DNA from: Zoogloeaceae bacterium
Lineage (GTDB): Bacteria > Pseudomonadota > Gammaproteobacteria > Burkholderiales > Rhodocyclaceae
Length of the DNA: 53,505 nucleotides
Direction of reading: 5' to 3'
Assembly: GCA_031258715.1 (NCBI GenBank)
Contig: JAIRMN010000063.1
Span: 1 to 53,505 of the forward strand
Of the stretch, positions 39,869 to 53,505 are shown one piece after another. Every line of letters starts with the position of its first letter. Position 1 is the first letter of the stretch. The notes beneath the pieces were generated by a model. That model ran no database searches, was not told where the DNA came from, and saw only the letters and a program-made list of their open reading frames with translations. The position numbers were made by a program, and so were the translations under genes.

Positions 39869-39904
39869 GCGGCAGACAGAACGCTCCGTCTCGTCATGAC
39901 GCTC

Positions 39905-39942
39905 CGTCCTCGTCAAAAGCAAGCGCAGCGAAGCAATCCAGC
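39905..39942 (+). repeat. Family A repeat arm (degenerate)
   Basis: CGTCAAAAGCAAGCGCAGCGAAGCAATCCAG. Confidence 0.6.
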
Positions 39943-40153
39943 CGGGCGTTCCGTTGGTTTCGACATCCCGGAAAACTGAACCGCCGCCGGGATTGCCCGT
40001 CGCGTCGTCCTGGAACATGACGCTGTTCTTGATAGGCACTTCGAATCGCGCCCGATTTTTTTGCGGGGTTATACTTTCCAGGATACTGACCGCTATCATG
40101 CGCCCTGATGGACAATCCCCTTCGCCTCCCGCCGGGGCGCTGCCGAAACCTGA

Positions 40154-42175
40154 ATGAACATGACCTTTCTCGATCTTCCCCAGATGATTTCCGCCAGCGG
40201 CGCCGTGCGTCTGCCAGGTTCCAAGAGCATTTCCAACCGGGCGCTGCTCCTCGCGGCGCTCGCGGACGGCATAACCGAAATAGAAAACCTGCTGGAATCC
40301 GACGACACGGCGCGTATGCGCGAAGCCTTGCGAAGGCTGGGCGTGAAAATCGACGAAACGGACATGGGCGCGTGGCGCGTCCACGGCGTTTCCGGACGCT
40401 TTCCCGTCCGGCGCGCGGAATTGTTCCTGGGAAACGCGGGAACCGCCTTCCGCTCGCTGACCGCGGCGCTGGCGCTCTCCGGCGGCGACTACACGCTCAC
40501 CGGCGTGCCCCGGATGCACGAACGGCCCATCGGCGATCTGGTGGACGCGCTGCGGCAACTGGGCGCGAAAATCGACTACCTGGGGAAGACAGGCTACCCG
40601 CCCCTGCGCCTTCGGGGACGGGAAAAGCGGGAGAAGACACACGCGGCGGCGCGTGTGCGCGGCGACGTCTCCAGCCAGTTCCTGACTGGCCTGCTATTGG
40701 CGCTGCCGCTCATCGGCGGAAAAACGCGCGTGGAAGTGACGGGCGCGCTGATTTCCAGGCCCTATGTCGAACTCACCCTGAAACTCATGGCGCGCTTTGG
40801 CGTTCCGATCGAACGCCACGGCGATCAATCCTTCTCCCTGCCAGGTGCATCCCTGCCGGGCGCATCCCTGCCGGGCGACACGGCGCGTTACGTTTCGCCC
40901 GGCGTATTCCACGTGGAAGGCGATGCCTCTTCCGCTTCCTATTTTCTCGCGCTGGGGGCGATTGGCGCGACGGGTAACGATGCCGTTCGGGTTGAAGGCG
41001 TCGGTTGCCAGTCCATCCAGGGCGATCTGCGCTTTGCCGAGGCGCTCTCCCAAATGGGCGCGGTCATCGAGATGGACGAACACGGAATCAGCGCCCGCGC
41101 GCCTTCCGGCGGACAGGGGCTGCGCGGCATCACGCTGGATTGCAACGCCATCCCCGACGCCGCCATGACGCTGGCGATTGTCGCCCTCTTCGCCACGGGC
41201 GAGACGCGGCTCTTGAACATCGCCAGTTGGCGGGTCAAGGAAACCGACCGCATCGCCGCCATGGATAAGGAACTCGGCAAGCTGGGCGCGCGCGTGGAAG
41301 CGGGCGCGGATTATCTGCGCGTCACGCCGCCCGACGAAAACCATCCGCTGCGCGCGGCGATAATCGACACCTACGACGACCACCGCATGGCGATGTGCTT
41401 TTCGCTGGCGTCATTTGCCGTGCCGCTGCGCATCAACGCTCCTGGATGCGTCGCCAAGACCTTTCCTGGATATTTCCGGGATTTTGCCGTCCTTGCCCGC
41501 CCCGCGCCGGTGATTGCCATCGACGGCCCGACGGCTTCCGGCAAGGGCGCGGTCTGCGCGCGCGTCGCGGCGGCGCTGGGCTTTCATTACCTGGATTCCG
41601 GCGCGCTCTACCGTCTCACCGCGCTGGCGGCGCGGGAAGCGGGCGTGGATGGAGAAGACGAAGCCGCCCTTGCCGCGCTTGCCGCCGCGCTGGATGTCGT
41701 CTTCCAGGACGGGCGCGTCTCATTGAACGGCAAGGACGTCAGCGAGGTACTGCGCGGCGAGGCCATTTCTTCCGCCGCCTCACGGGTTGCCGCCTTTCCC
41801 GCCGTGCGCGCCGCGCTCCTGTTCCGGCAACGCGCCTTCCACCGCGCCCCCGGACTCGTCGGCGACGGACGCGATATGGCCTCCGTGGTCTTTCCCTCGG
41901 CGGCGCTCAAGATTTTCCTCACCGCAAGCGCCGAGGTGCGCGCCGAACGGCGCTGGCGGCAACTGCGGGAAAAAGGCCAAGACCCCGATCGGGCGGCAAT
42001 CCTGTCCGACCTGAAAGCGCGCGACGCGCGCGACCGCAACCGCCCCGCCGCCCCCCTGCGCCAGGAACCCGCCGCGCGGCTTTTGGATACCGGCGCGCTG
42101 GACATCGACGCGGCTGTCGCGCAAGTCCTGGCATGGTGGGCGGAAAACGGCGCAGGCCATCGCGCGATTCCCTAA
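40154..42175 (+). CDS. aroA: Bifunctional EPSP synthase / cytidylate kinase (AroA-Cmk fusion)
   Basis: [30 protein letters not shown], then [25 protein letters not shown] in one frame. Confidence 0.95.
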   Translation: MNMTFLDLPQMISASGAVRLPGSKSISNRALLLAALADGITEIENLLESDDTARMREALRRLGVKIDETDMGAWRVHGVSGRFPVRRAELFLGNAGTAFRSLTAALALSGGDYTLTGVPRMHERPIGDLVDALRQLGAKIDYLGKTGYPPLRLRGREKREKTHAAARVRGDVSSQFLTGLLLALPLIGGKTRVEVTGALISRPYVELTLKLMARFGVPIERHGDQSFSLPGASLPGASLPGDTARYVSPGVFHVEGDASSASYFLALGAIGATGNDAVRVEGVGCQSIQGDLRFAEALSQMGAVIEMDEHGISARAPSGGQGLRGITLDCNAIPDAAMTLAIVALFATGETRLLNIASWRVKETDRIAAMDKELGKLGARVEAGADYLRVTPPDENHPLRAAIIDTYDDHRMAMCFSLASFAVPLRINAPGCVAKTFPGYFRDFAVLARPAPVIAIDGPTASGKGAVCARVAAALGFHYLDSGALYRLTALAAREAGVDGEDEAALAALAAALDVVFQDGRVSLNGKDVSEVLRGEAISSAASRVAAFPAVRAALLFRQRAFHRAPGLVGDGRDMASVVFPSAALKIFLTASAEVRAERRWRQLREKGQDPDRAAILSDLKARDARDRNRPAAPLRQEPAARLLDTGALDIDAAVAQVLAWWAENGAGHRAIP

Positions 42176-42218
42176 ACCGGCGTTTTCAGGACACGGCAAG
42201 GGAAAAAGCAATCGGCAG

Positions 42219-42351
42219 GCGCGACGCGGCCTGGCACGCGCCCAACCCCGTCATTTTCCGGAGCGAAGCGGCGAAGCAGTCCAGATTCCCGGCCCGCGGC
42301 GCAAAGCGCCGGCAACCTTTCTGTCTTCTGTCTCCTGTCTCCTGTCTCCTG
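42219..42351 (+). repeat. Family A repeat with heptamer tract
   Basis: CGTCATTTTCCGGAGCGAAGCGGCGAAGCAGTCCAG...GCGCCGGCAAC followed by (T[T/C]CTGTC)n. Confidence 0.75.
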
Positions 42352-42468
42352 CCCCCATTGCATGATGAAACCTTGCAATCTTCACATTTTCTGTTTAAAT
42401 TCCGTAGCGTTTCGATTTCATGCCATCCTGTTTTTCACCATCAGGTTTTTGCAAAAAAGGAGTAAAAA

Positions 42469-45565
<3,097 letters not shown>

Positions 45566-45587
45566 GGGGCGGAGGACAGGACGGAAA

Positions 45588-45845
45588 AGTCATCGGCGCG
45601 CCAAGCCGCGGTTCAGGAATCCGGATCGCTTCGTCGCTTCGCGCCTCGCAATGACGAGGGGAGGAGCGTTATTGCGATCGCGGCGCGATCAGGCGTCGGA
45701 TGTCAGAAATCGGGAGACAGCGTACCTGCTACTTCGTCAAAAGCGCGGCGTGACCTGGAACGCACACTACTCCGTTATTCTCAGGAGCAAAGCGACGAAG
45801 CAATCCAGATCCCTGATCCGTGGCGCAAAGCGCCGGTAACTTCCT
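45588..45845. repeat. Family A composite inverted repeat (two outward-facing arms)
   Basis: Reverse arm about 45621-45656, forward arm about 45773-45810, each with the extension seen in other copies. Confidence 0.8.
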
Positions 45846-45915
45846 CTGTCTCCTGACGCCTCTCCCTTGTCTTCCCAATGAGCGGGAGGCGTGCGCATTT
45901 TCCGGGTTTCCCGGC

Positions 45916-45921
45916 TATAAT
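45916..45921 (+). promoter_or_regulatory. Sigma70 -10 box of rnpB
   Basis: TATAAT followed by a GC-rich discriminator, 7 nt before the predicted RNA 5' end. Confidence 0.75.
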
Positions 45922-45928
45922 TTGCGCC

Positions 45929-46322
45929 GGGAGTCGTCCAGGCAGTCGCTGCCTGTCTGTCGTGATACGCGGACAGGGGGAGGAAAGTCCGGGCTTCACA
46001 GGGCGGGATGCCGGTTAACGACCGGGCGTTATAAGGTCTGGAAAGGCCGAAGGCGACGGAAAGTGCCACAGAAAACAAACCGCCGATGGCTCCGCGAGGA
46101 GATCAGGCAAGGGTGAAACGGCAGGGTAAGCGCCTACCGCGGTACTGGCAACAGGACCGGCATGGCAAACCCCATCCGAAGCAAGACCAAATAAGGAGGC
46201 ACAAGGCGCGGCCCGCGCCGCTTCCGGGTAGGTCGCTTGAGCCGCGCAGCAATGCGCGGCCTAGAGGAATGACTGCCAGGCGCGAAAGCGCCGTACAGAA
46301 CCCGGCTTACCGGATGACTCCC
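45929..46322 (+). ncRNA. rnpB: RNase P RNA (type A)
   Basis: GAGGAAAGTCCGGGC, GAAAGTGCCACAGAAA, AGGGTGAAACGG, GGCAAACCCC, ACAGAACCCGGCTTA; P1 pairing GGGAGTCGTCC/GGATGACTCCC. Confidence 0.97.
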
Positions 46323-46343
46323 CCCTCGCGGCGGCGCGCCATG

Positions 46344-48773
46344 TCACAGCAGCGTTTCTTTGGGCATTTCCCGTGAGTCGGCCAAGTAGATCGCGGGGTC
46401 TCTGATGAGGCCAAGTCCCGCGCCACGACGGGCGCGGTTCCCGAAGTGGCGGGATTCGGAAAGAATTTCCTTTGGCCGGTTGCGGAATGTGCCGCGAACG
46501 CCGACTACCGGGACGGGGCTGACCAGGACTTGCGCCAGGGCTTCATTCTCCCGGATGCCCATGATCCGGACGCCCTTGCCGCCGGAAAGCCGTTTCATCT
46601 CTTCCAGCGGGAAGACCAGCAGGCGATCGTCGCTGGAGAGCGCCGCCAGGCAGGGCTTTGTGGCGGCGGACGCTTCCGGCGTGGAGATGGGAACGGGCGG
46701 CAGGATGCGGGCGTTTTCTTCCACGGCAAGAAAGGCCTTGCCTGCTTTTTGGCGTGAAAACAGGTCGGCAAGGGCGCAGATGAAGCCGTAGCCGGAGCTT
46801 TTGGCGATCAGCCATTCGCTTTCCGCGCTTCCTGCCAGCACGTGCGCGATGCGTCTGCCGCCCATGTCCACAAAGGAAGAGATCGGCGCGCCCATGCCGC
46901 GGCCATCGGGAAGTTGCGCGACGGCAACCGTGTAGGCGCGGCCATCGTCCGCGAGAATCGCCAGCGCGTCCACTGAACGGCATTCATGGGCGACGCCCAT
47001 CCGGTCGCCATCCTTGAAGGCGATGGCGGACAAATCCAGCGCGTGCCCCTGGCGCACCCTGGCCCAGCCTTTTTCGGAGACGATGACGGTAACGGGTTCG
47101 TCGGCAATGGCGGTGACTTCGGCGCGCGACGCCGCCAGCGCGGGCTGGATCAGGGTACGCCGGGGATCGGCGTGGCGTTGCGCGTCTTCGCGGATTTCGC
47201 GGATCACCTGCTTCTTGAGCCTGGATTCGTCCGAGAGCAGCGCTTCCAGCGTCGCCTGTTCCGCGCGCAGCCGATCCAGTTCCTGTTCTATCCGGATGCC
47301 TTCCAGTCGCGCCAACTGGCGCAGGCGAATTTCCAGGATGTCCTCCGCCTGCCGTACGGAAAGCGAAAACCGCGTGACCAGCGCCGCCTTGGGGTCGTCC
47401 GATTCGCGGATGAGGCGAATCACCGCGTCGATATTCAGAAAGACGACGTGCCGCCCTTCGAGGATGTGGATGCGCTCCGCTGTCTTTTCCAGGCGGTAGC
47501 GGGTCCGCCGCGCCACGGTGCGAACGCGGAAACGGCACCATTCGCCCAAGATTTCCGCAAGCGGCTTCTGGCAGGGACGGCCATCCAGCCCCACCGTCAC
47601 CAGATTGATCGGCGCGGAAACTTCCAGGCTGGTATGCGCCAACAGGAGGGCGATGAATTCCTCGCGGTTCTGCCGCGCGCTGGCGGGTTCGAACACCAGC
47701 CGCACCGCGTCATCCTTGCCGGATTCATCCCGCATCTTGTCCAGTTGCGAGGCAAACAGCGCCTTCAATTGAACGGCGGATTGCTCGATGTTCTTTTTGC
47801 CCGCGCGCGGCTGGGGATTGGCAATCGCGCCGACTTCGGATTGCACCCTTGCCGAAGAAACGCCCGGCGGCAATTCCGTAAATACCACCTGCCACGCGCC
47901 GCGCGCCAGTTCCTCGATTTCGTGGCGCGCCCGCACCCGGAGACTGCCCCGTCCCGTGCGGTAAGCGGTGGCGATGTCGGCGGCGGGCGAAATAATCTGT
48001 CCGCCGCCGGGATAATCAGGACCGGCGAGGCGCGTGAGCAGGTCTTCCTGCGTCGCTTCCGGATGCCGCAACAGATGGATGGCGGCGGCGGCGACTTCCC
48101 CGATGTTATGCGGCGGAATCTCCGTTGCCATGCCCACGGCAATGCCGGAAGCGCCGTTCAGGAGGACGAAGGGAAGACGCGCCGGCAAAAAGACCGGTTC
48201 CTCGAACGCGCCGTCGTAGTTGGGCCGGAAATCCACCGTGCCCTCGTCGATTTCCGCCAGCAACAGGTCGGCAATGGGCGTCAGGCGCGCTTCCGTATAG
48301 CGCATGGCGGCGGCATTGTCGCCATCGCGCGATCCGAAATTGCCCTGCCCATCGACCAGCGGATAACGCAGTGTAAAGGGCTGCGCCACGCGCACCATCG
48401 CGTCGTAGGCGGAAGCGTCGCCGTGCGGATGGTATTTGCCGATGACATCGCCCACCACGCGCGCGGACTTGACGGGTCTCGCGGCGGCGGAAAGCCCCAG
48501 TTCCCGCATGGCGAAAAGCACCCGCCGTTGCACCGGTTTCATGCCGTCCCGCACGTCCGGCAGGGCGCGTCCCTTGACCACCGCCACCGCGTATTCCAGA
48601 TAATCGCGCAGGGCGGATTCGTGCAGCCACACGTTCGCGCCGTCGTCCCCTTCCTGGAGGCGCGCGGACAAGTCCGGCGGCATGGGGGGCATCGGCGGCG
48701 CGCCGGAAGATTCCGGCGAATCCGGCGCGGCAAAAAGATCGGGGGTCAGCGAATCATCGGCAGGCATGGACAT
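46344..48773 (-). CDS. parC: DNA topoisomerase IV subunit A
   Basis: [47 protein letters not shown]. Start uncertain. Confidence 0.93.
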   Translation of the reverse strand: MSMPADDSLTPDLFAAPDSPESSGAPPMPPMPPDLSARLQEGDDGANVWLHESALRDYLEYAVAVVKGRALPDVRDGMKPVQRRVLFAMRELGLSAAARPVKSARVVGDVIGKYHPHGDASAYDAMVRVAQPFTLRYPLVDGQGNFGSRDGDNAAAMRYTEARLTPIADLLLAEIDEGTVDFRPNYDGAFEEPVFLPARLPFVLLNGASGIAVGMATEIPPHNIGEVAAAAIHLLRHPEATQEDLLTRLAGPDYPGGGQIISPAADIATAYRTGRGSLRVRARHEIEELARGAWQVVFTELPPGVSSARVQSEVGAIANPQPRAGKKNIEQSAVQLKALFASQLDKMRDESGKDDAVRLVFEPASARQNREEFIALLLAHTSLEVSAPINLVTVGLDGRPCQKPLAEILGEWCRFRVRTVARRTRYRLEKTAERIHILEGRHVVFLNIDAVIRLIRESDDPKAALVTRFSLSVRQAEDILEIRLRQLARLEGIRIEQELDRLRAEQATLEALLSDESRLKKQVIREIREDAQRHADPRRTLIQPALAASRAEVTAIADEPVTVIVSEKGWARVRQGHALDLSAIAFKDGDRMGVAHECRSVDALAILADDGRAYTVAVAQLPDGRGMGAPISSFVDMGGRRIAHVLAGSAESEWLIAKSSGYGFICALADLFSRQKAGKAFLAVEENARILPPVPISTPEASAATKPCLAALSSDDRLLVFPLEEMKRLSGGKGVRIMGIRENEALAQVLVSPVPVVGVRGTFRNRPKEILSESRHFGNRARRGAGLGLIRDPAIYLADSREMPKETLL

Positions 48774-48837
48774 TATCGAATCAGAAGGGTTCAAAGGCGC
48801 GGCGTCTCAGCGCGGCGGCACGCGAAAATTTTGCGAT

Positions 48838-48871
48838 AAAAAACCCCGCGCGTACAGGACGAACGGGGTTT
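48838..48871 (-). terminator. Rho-independent terminator of the rpsF operon
   Basis: Minus strand AAACCCCG...CGGGGTTTTTT after rplI. Confidence 0.65.
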
Positions 48872-48902
48872 CATGCGCGAACGAAGGCTTGTTCCGGGCG
48901 GC

Positions 48903-49349
48903 TTATTCGCCCGCCACCGTCACATTGACCGTTGCCACCACGTCGGTATGCAGCACGATTTCCAGCGGGAATTCGCCGGTCGTCTTCAAGGGACCGCCGG
49001 GCATGCGCACATGTCCCTTGTCGACGGTGAAGCCGAGCGCCAGCAGGGCCTCCGCGATGTCGTGATGGGTGACGGAACCGAAGAGGCGGCCATCCATCGC
49101 GGATTTCCGGACGATGGTGAGGCCAATGCCTTCCAGCTTTCCGGCGACGGACTGGGCGGCGGCGAGTTTTTCGGCCTGGGCTTTTTCCAGTTCGGCGCGA
49201 CGCGCCTCAAACTCGGCCAGCGCGGCGGGCGTGGCGCGTTTGGCCTTTTTTTGCGGAATCAGGAAATTACGGGCATAGCCGTCCTTTACCTTGACCACTT
49301 CGCCGAGATCCCCAAGGTTGGCGACTTTTTCGAGCAGGATGATTTGCAT
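48903..49349 (-). CDS. rplI: 50S ribosomal protein L9
   Basis: [28 protein letters not shown]. Confidence 0.98.
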   Translation of the reverse strand: MQIILLEKVANLGDLGEVVKVKDGYARNFLIPQKKAKRATPAALAEFEARRAELEKAQAEKLAAAQSVAGKLEGIGLTIVRKSAMDGRLFGSVTHHDIAEALLALGFTVDKGHVRMPGGPLKTTGEFPLEIVLHTDVVATVNVTVAGE

Positions 49350-49360
49350 GAGGCCGCTCC

Positions 49361-49636
49361 TTACTGGTGGTTGTCGGTGTAGGGCAAGAGCGCCAGGAAA
49401 CGGGCGCGCTTGATGGCGATGGACAACTGACGCTGGTAGCCCGCCTTGGTGCCGGTCAGTCGCGCCGGCATGATCTTGGCGTTTTCCTGGATGTATTCCT
49501 TCAGGACTTCCACATCCTTGTAGTCGATCTGTTCCACCTTTTCGGCGGTGAAACGGCAGAATTTGCGGCGTTTGAAGAGTCCGCCGCCGCGCCGTTTTTT
49601 CTTGTCATCTTCCTTCTTCTTGAAGAATCGAGCCAT
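49361..49636 (-). CDS. rpsR: 30S ribosomal protein S18
   Basis: [31 protein letters not shown]. Confidence 0.98.
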   Translation of the reverse strand: MARFFKKKEDDKKKRRGGGLFKRRKFCRFTAEKVEQIDYKDVEVLKEYIQENAKIMPARLTGTKAGYQRQLSIAIKRARFLALLPYTDNHQ

Positions 49637-49937
49637 TTTCTTTTCCTTCCAAAAAATCAATCGTTTGCACGTGTAATACGAGTGTTTTGCTGTTGCGGCT
49701 TTTCGCGGCCAGGAATCCGGAAATCCGGACTTCGACGCCCAGGGGCGTCGCGTTCAGCCAGTTGGCCGTTTCGCCCATCGCCAGCACGGGCATTGCGCAG
49801 GCCGTCTGGCGAGGCGTTCCGGCCTCCGCCTGCTCCGACTGGTGCAGGAGACGTCCTTCGGCAACCGGAATCCCCGCCGGGGTGTAACGCAGCGGCTTTT
49901 TTTCCGCCAGTTGCCCGGTGATTCGAAGCTGGTTCAG
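49605..49937 (-). CDS. priB: Primosomal replication protein PriB
   Basis: [29 protein letters not shown]; lies between rpsF and rpsR. Start codon unclear (non-ATG). Confidence 0.9.
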   Translation of the reverse strand: MNQLRITGQLAEKKPLRYTPAGIPVAEGRLLHQSEQAEAGTPRQTACAMPVLAMGETANWLNATPLGVEVRISGFLAAKSRNSKTLVLHVQTIDFLEGKENGSILQEEGR

Positions 49938-49959
49938 GGGAAAAACCTCGACGCGCTCG

Positions 49960-50409
49960 TCATCGGGATTCCGCGTCAACGGGGAGAGCAACCTCCGCCG
50001 CCGTTTCCTCCGCCGTCGCCGCGGTTTCGGTTTCGGCCTCGGCTTCAGCTTCAGCTTCAGCCTCTTCTTCCGCCAGCATGGATCTGGACTTGTCGTCCTT
50101 CATCATGGGTGAAAGCGTCGTGATCGCGTGTTTCATCTTGACGATGAGGCTGCGCAGCACAGCGTCGTTGAACTTGAAGCCATGCTCCAGTTCCGCCAGC
50201 GTTTCGCTGTCGCATTCGATATTCATCAGCACGTAATGCGCCTTGTGGATTTTCTCGATGGCATAAGCCAGTTGCCGCCGCCCCCAATCCTCCAGCCGGT
50301 GAATCTGCCCGCCCCGCCCGGTAATGAGGGCGCGATAGCGTTCCACCATCGCCGGCACCTGCTCACTTTGGTCCGGATGGACAATAAAGACAATTTCGTA
50401 ATGGCGCAT
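49960..50409 (-). CDS. rpsF: 30S ribosomal protein S6
   Basis: [38 protein letters not shown]. Confidence 0.98.
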   Translation of the reverse strand: MRHYEIVFIVHPDQSEQVPAMVERYRALITGRGGQIHRLEDWGRRQLAYAIEKIHKAHYVLMNIECDSETLAELEHGFKFNDAVLRSLIVKMKHAITTLSPMMKDDKSRSMLAEEEAEAEAEAEAETETAATAEETAAEVALPVDAESR

Positions 50410-50412
50410 GAA

Positions 50413-50462
50413 CACTCCTTATGGCAAAAGCCCCCCGGTCATGCTTTTCCAGTGGGGCAAGG
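50413..50462 (-). promoter_or_regulatory. S6:S18 ribosomal protein leader RNA (probable)
   Basis: Minus strand CCTTGCCCC...GGGGGGC...CCATAAGGAG: the 5' CCTT can pair with the AAGG of the RBS around an inner hairpin, as in known rpsF leaders. Confidence 0.65.
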
Positions 50463-50482
50463 TGAAAAGCCCGCGATTATAT

Positions 50483-50530
50483 ATCAGGTATCGGGAATCA
50501 GGAACCAAGAATCAAGGTTCAGGCATCGGA
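50483..50530. repeat. Degenerate heptamer tandem tract (ATCAGGA-like)
   Basis: ATCAGGT ATCGGGA ATCAGGA ACCAAGA ATCAAGG TTCAGGC ATCGGAG. Confidence 0.7.
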
Positions 50531-50828
50531 GAAAACCCCGCCCCGTCATTCTCCGGCGCGCGGCGAGGCGGCTTTGCGGCCAGCAAGGGCAATCCATACG
50601 ACAGATGCGCCATCGAAAACGCCGAAGGCGGCGAATAAAGGCCGGCTGGATTGCCGCGATCGGGGGATAGTGGACGGAGGACAGGGGAGTTACCGGCGCT
50701 TCGCGCCTGGGAATGGCGGGGTGGGCTTTTCTGATGCCGGACTCCCGATCCCTGACGCTTGGATGGCGGTGGCTTTCAAAAATCCGGAGGACAGGCGATA
50801 CTCCGCCCGGTTCAACGGAAAACGGACA

Positions 50829-51389
50829 ATGGACGACAGGATAGACAGGGTGACGCGACGGGAAAATTCCAGACGGACGACACGGACAGGGCGGTGGGGC
50901 GCGCTGCTGCTCGCGCTGCCGCTTGCGGCCTGTGGCGGCGCGCCCCTGCGTGAAAAGCCGGTTGCGCCTGTCGAGGCCACGGCGTTTGCGCGCAACCTGG
51001 AAGCCACGTCCGCCGGGCGCGAGGTGGTGATGTATGCGCTGGGGCTGATTGGCGTCGGGTATCGTTATGGCGGCAAGAATCCGGAGGCGGGGCTGGATTG
51101 TTCGGGCATGGTCAGTCATATCTACCGTCAGGCGGCGCAATACGTCCTGAGCGGCAGCGCCGCCGACATGGCGAAGAAGGGACGCGCCGTCTCTCCCGGA
51201 CGAATCCGTCCCGGCGACCTCTTGTTTTTCAATACCCTGAACCGTCCACGTTCGCATGTGGCGGTCTATATTGGCGACCTGCGTTTCGTGCACGCGCCTT
51301 CCAGCAATGGCGCGGTGCGTATCGACAGCCTGGAAGACCGTTATTACAAAAGCCGCTTCGAAGAAGCGCGCAGCTATTTTGGCGATTGA
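50829..51389 (+). CDS. NlpC/P60 (C40 peptidase) lipoprotein
   Basis: LAAC lipobox, YRYGG, LDCSG, PGDLLFF, HVAVY, FVHAPS. Start approximate. Confidence 0.93.
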   Translation: MDDRIDRVTRRENSRRTTRTGRWGALLLALPLAACGGAPLREKPVAPVEATAFARNLEATSAGREVVMYALGLIGVGYRYGGKNPEAGLDCSGMVSHIYRQAAQYVLSGSAADMAKKGRAVSPGRIRPGDLLFFNTLNRPRSHVAVYIGDLRFVHAPSSNGAVRIDSLEDRYYKSRFEEARSYFGD

Positions 51390-51395
51390 CCTCCG

Positions 51396-52751
51396 ATGAA
51401 TGCCGCCTTGCTCATTTTGCAATGCCTGCTGTTCGTTGCGCTGCTGGCGCTTTGCCTGCGCCCGAAACGGAACGATTCCGCGCCGGAGACAGCGTTGAGG
51501 GATTTGCAACAAAGCCTGACGGCTGGGCTTGAGCGGCTCGAACGCGAATGGCGCGGCGAAATGGCGGGCAACCGGCGGGAAGCCGCCGAACAAGCGGCGC
51601 GTGAGCGGGAAGAGCGGGCGCGGGCGCAGAATCATCTGTTCCAGAATCTCGGCCAGCATCTGGGGCAACTGGTCGGACAACTGGGGCAGGCGCAGGGCGA
51701 GCGGCAGGAAGCTTTCGCGCAGGAGCTTTCGCGCGCCGCCAAGGGGCTGGATGTTCGTTTCGAGCAACTGCGCGCCGCCGTGGAAAGCCGCCTTCAGGCC
51801 CTGCAAGCCGAAAACGCGGGCAAGCTCGACGAAATGCGGCGCACGGTGGATGAAAAGCTCCACGCCACGCTGGAACAGCGTTTGGGCGAATCTTTCCGGC
51901 TGGTAAGCGAACGGCTGGAGCAGGTGCATCGCGGCCTGGGCGAAATGCAGACGCTGGCCGCCGGCGTCGGCGATCTCCGGCGGGTGCTGACCAATGTCAA
52001 GACGCGCGGCGGCTGGGGTGAAATCCAGTTGGGACGGCTTTTGGAGGAAATGCTGACCGCCGACCAATATGCGGCCAATGTCGCCACGCGCCCGGAAAGC
52101 AACGAGCGCGTGGAATTCGCCATCTGCCTGCCCGGCAAGGAGATGGACGCGGAAAAGCGCGTGGTCTGGCTGCCCATAGACGCCAAGTTTCCGCTGGAAG
52201 ACTATCAGCGTCTCCTGGACGCGCAGGAAAGCGGGGATACGGCGGGCATGGAAACGGCGTCCCGTTCACTGGAAAACCGGCTCAAGGGGGAAGCCCGGCG
52301 CATCCATGAAAAGTATGTCGCGCCCCCGGCCACCACGGATTTTGCCATTCTTTACCTGCCCGTCGAGGGTCTGTATGCCGAAGCCCTGCGCCGTCCGGGA
52401 CTGGCCGACGCGCTGCAACGGCAATGGCGGGTCACGCTGGCCGGGCCGACCACGCTGGCCGCGCTTTTGAACAGTTTGCAGATGGGTTTTCGCACACTGG
52501 CGATCGAGCGGCGTTCATCGGAAGTCTGGGCGGTGCTGGGCGCGGTCAAAAACGAATTCGACAAATTCGGCGCGGCGCTGGCGCACACCCGCAAGAAACT
52601 GGAAGAGGCCAGCAGCAGCATCGACAAGGCCGAAGTCCGCACCCGTGTCCTCACTCGTTGCCTGAAAAACGTGGAGGCGCTGCCGGACGCGGACGCGGGA
52701 GACCGCGCCGGGATACTCCCGCCGTTCCTGCCGGAAGAAGACGAGGCATAG
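51396..52751 (+). CDS. rmuC: DNA recombination protein RmuC
   Basis: NVKTRGGWGEIQL, PIDAKFP, TTDFAILYLPVEGLYAE, LNSLQMGFRTLAI. Confidence 0.95.
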   Translation: MNAALLILQCLLFVALLALCLRPKRNDSAPETALRDLQQSLTAGLERLEREWRGEMAGNRREAAEQAAREREERARAQNHLFQNLGQHLGQLVGQLGQAQGERQEAFAQELSRAAKGLDVRFEQLRAAVESRLQALQAENAGKLDEMRRTVDEKLHATLEQRLGESFRLVSERLEQVHRGLGEMQTLAAGVGDLRRVLTNVKTRGGWGEIQLGRLLEEMLTADQYAANVATRPESNERVEFAICLPGKEMDAEKRVVWLPIDAKFPLEDYQRLLDAQESGDTAGMETASRSLENRLKGEARRIHEKYVAPPATTDFAILYLPVEGLYAEALRRPGLADALQRQWRVTLAGPTTLAALLNSLQMGFRTLAIERRSSEVWAVLGAVKNEFDKFGAALAHTRKKLEEASSSIDKAEVRTRVLTRCLKNVEALPDADAGDRAGILPPFLPEEDEA

Positions 52752-53243
52752 ATGCGCGCGGCGGCCCTGACGCCCTGCCTGCGCGTAACCTTGCCGCCCC
52801 TGCCGTCCGCGCTGCGGCGCGCTTACCGGGAAACGGCCTATCGCGTGACCTTGCGTGGCGGCCGCGCCGATGTCCTCGTCCTGCGCGTCGGCCAGGTTGC
52901 GCCGGAACTGGCGCTTGCCTTTCCCCGCCAATCGCGCTGGGCGCTGTTGACGGCCTGGAATCCCGAATCCACGCGGCGCGGCAGGAACGACAACCGCCGC
53001 GCCCAATCCCGGCTGCGCGCCGCGCTCCGGCAAGGCGGCTGGCGTTCCCTGGCGGGCGAGAACCAGTCCCTTCCTGGCCGCCGCGCCTGGCCGCCGGAAG
53101 CCAGCCTCTTCGTCCCCGGACTGCCCCTCGCCGCCGCCCTCGCCTTCGCCCGCCGCTTCCGGCAAAAAGCCATCCTCACGGGTGGCGGCCAGCGGACGGA
53201 AGAGGGGATTGCCCGGCGCTCCGGCGCGATCGGAGTCGTGTAA
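52752..53243 (+). CDS. DUF3293-like protein
   Basis: AYRETAYRV, WALLTAWNPES, W..EASLFV, ARRFRQKAI. Confidence 0.8.
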   Translation: MRAAALTPCLRVTLPPLPSALRRAYRETAYRVTLRGGRADVLVLRVGQVAPELALAFPRQSRWALLTAWNPESTRRGRNDNRRAQSRLRAALRQGGWRSLAGENQSLPGRRAWPPEASLFVPGLPLAAALAFARRFRQKAILTGGGQRTEEGIARRSGAIGVV

Positions 53244-53505
53244 AGCGATTTTTGCCGCTTCTCGAATTTTCCGACGGTTTTGCTTTTTTTCCCCCGCATG
53301 ATATATTGTTACGGCAATGAGATAACGGCGATGGAAATGGATACTGTTTACGGTCATGACGGGGAAAGTTCCCGCTTTCCCCTTTCCCTGTTCCCGGCGC
53401 GGGCCGTGGGGAGCCGTTTCGTCCTGCCCGCGACCGGCGCGGTTTTGCCGGTTGCTTCCCCGGCGTCGCGGGGGGTTTTCGCCAATGAAAACGCCTTGGC
53501 GCATG

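Noticed and set aside
45767..46376. Short ORFs over 45767-46376
   Set aside because: The region is explained by repeats and the RNase P RNA.
53244..53505. Possible gene start at the right edge
   Set aside because: An AT-rich promoter-like patch is present, but no identifiable protein can be supported from the fragment.

Overview
High-GC Betaproteobacterial chromosome segment (gene content suggests Rhodocyclales-like; this is an inference). It is mostly housekeeping genes (lplT, rsmB-like, purN, dedA, flgB-G, murJ, gpsA, secB, grxC, minC, peptide ABC permeases, serB, phasin, rph, yicC, apbC, aroA-cmk fusion, rnpB, parC, rpsF-priB-rpsR-rplI, rmuC) interleaved with accessory DNA. Highlights: (1) The left edge is the end of a probable filamentous-phage (inovirus) prophage next to tRNA-Arg(CCG). 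It has an unannotated gene V-like ssDNA-binding gene and a divergent HTH repressor whose reading frame runs antisense into the tRNA, so integration may change the repressor C-terminus. (2) A 173-bp four-hairpin REP/REPIN-like element occurs in three copies, two of them bracketing a two-gene cargo as inverted repeats. (3) A (GCAA)10 tract puts a Pmp-like autotransporter out of frame from its best start codon, consistent with phase variation. (4) A second palindromic repeat family sits at operon breakpoints. (5) A DnaA-box/IHF/Fis cluster lies upstream of flgB. All calls come from reading the sequence by eye; no database searches were run.
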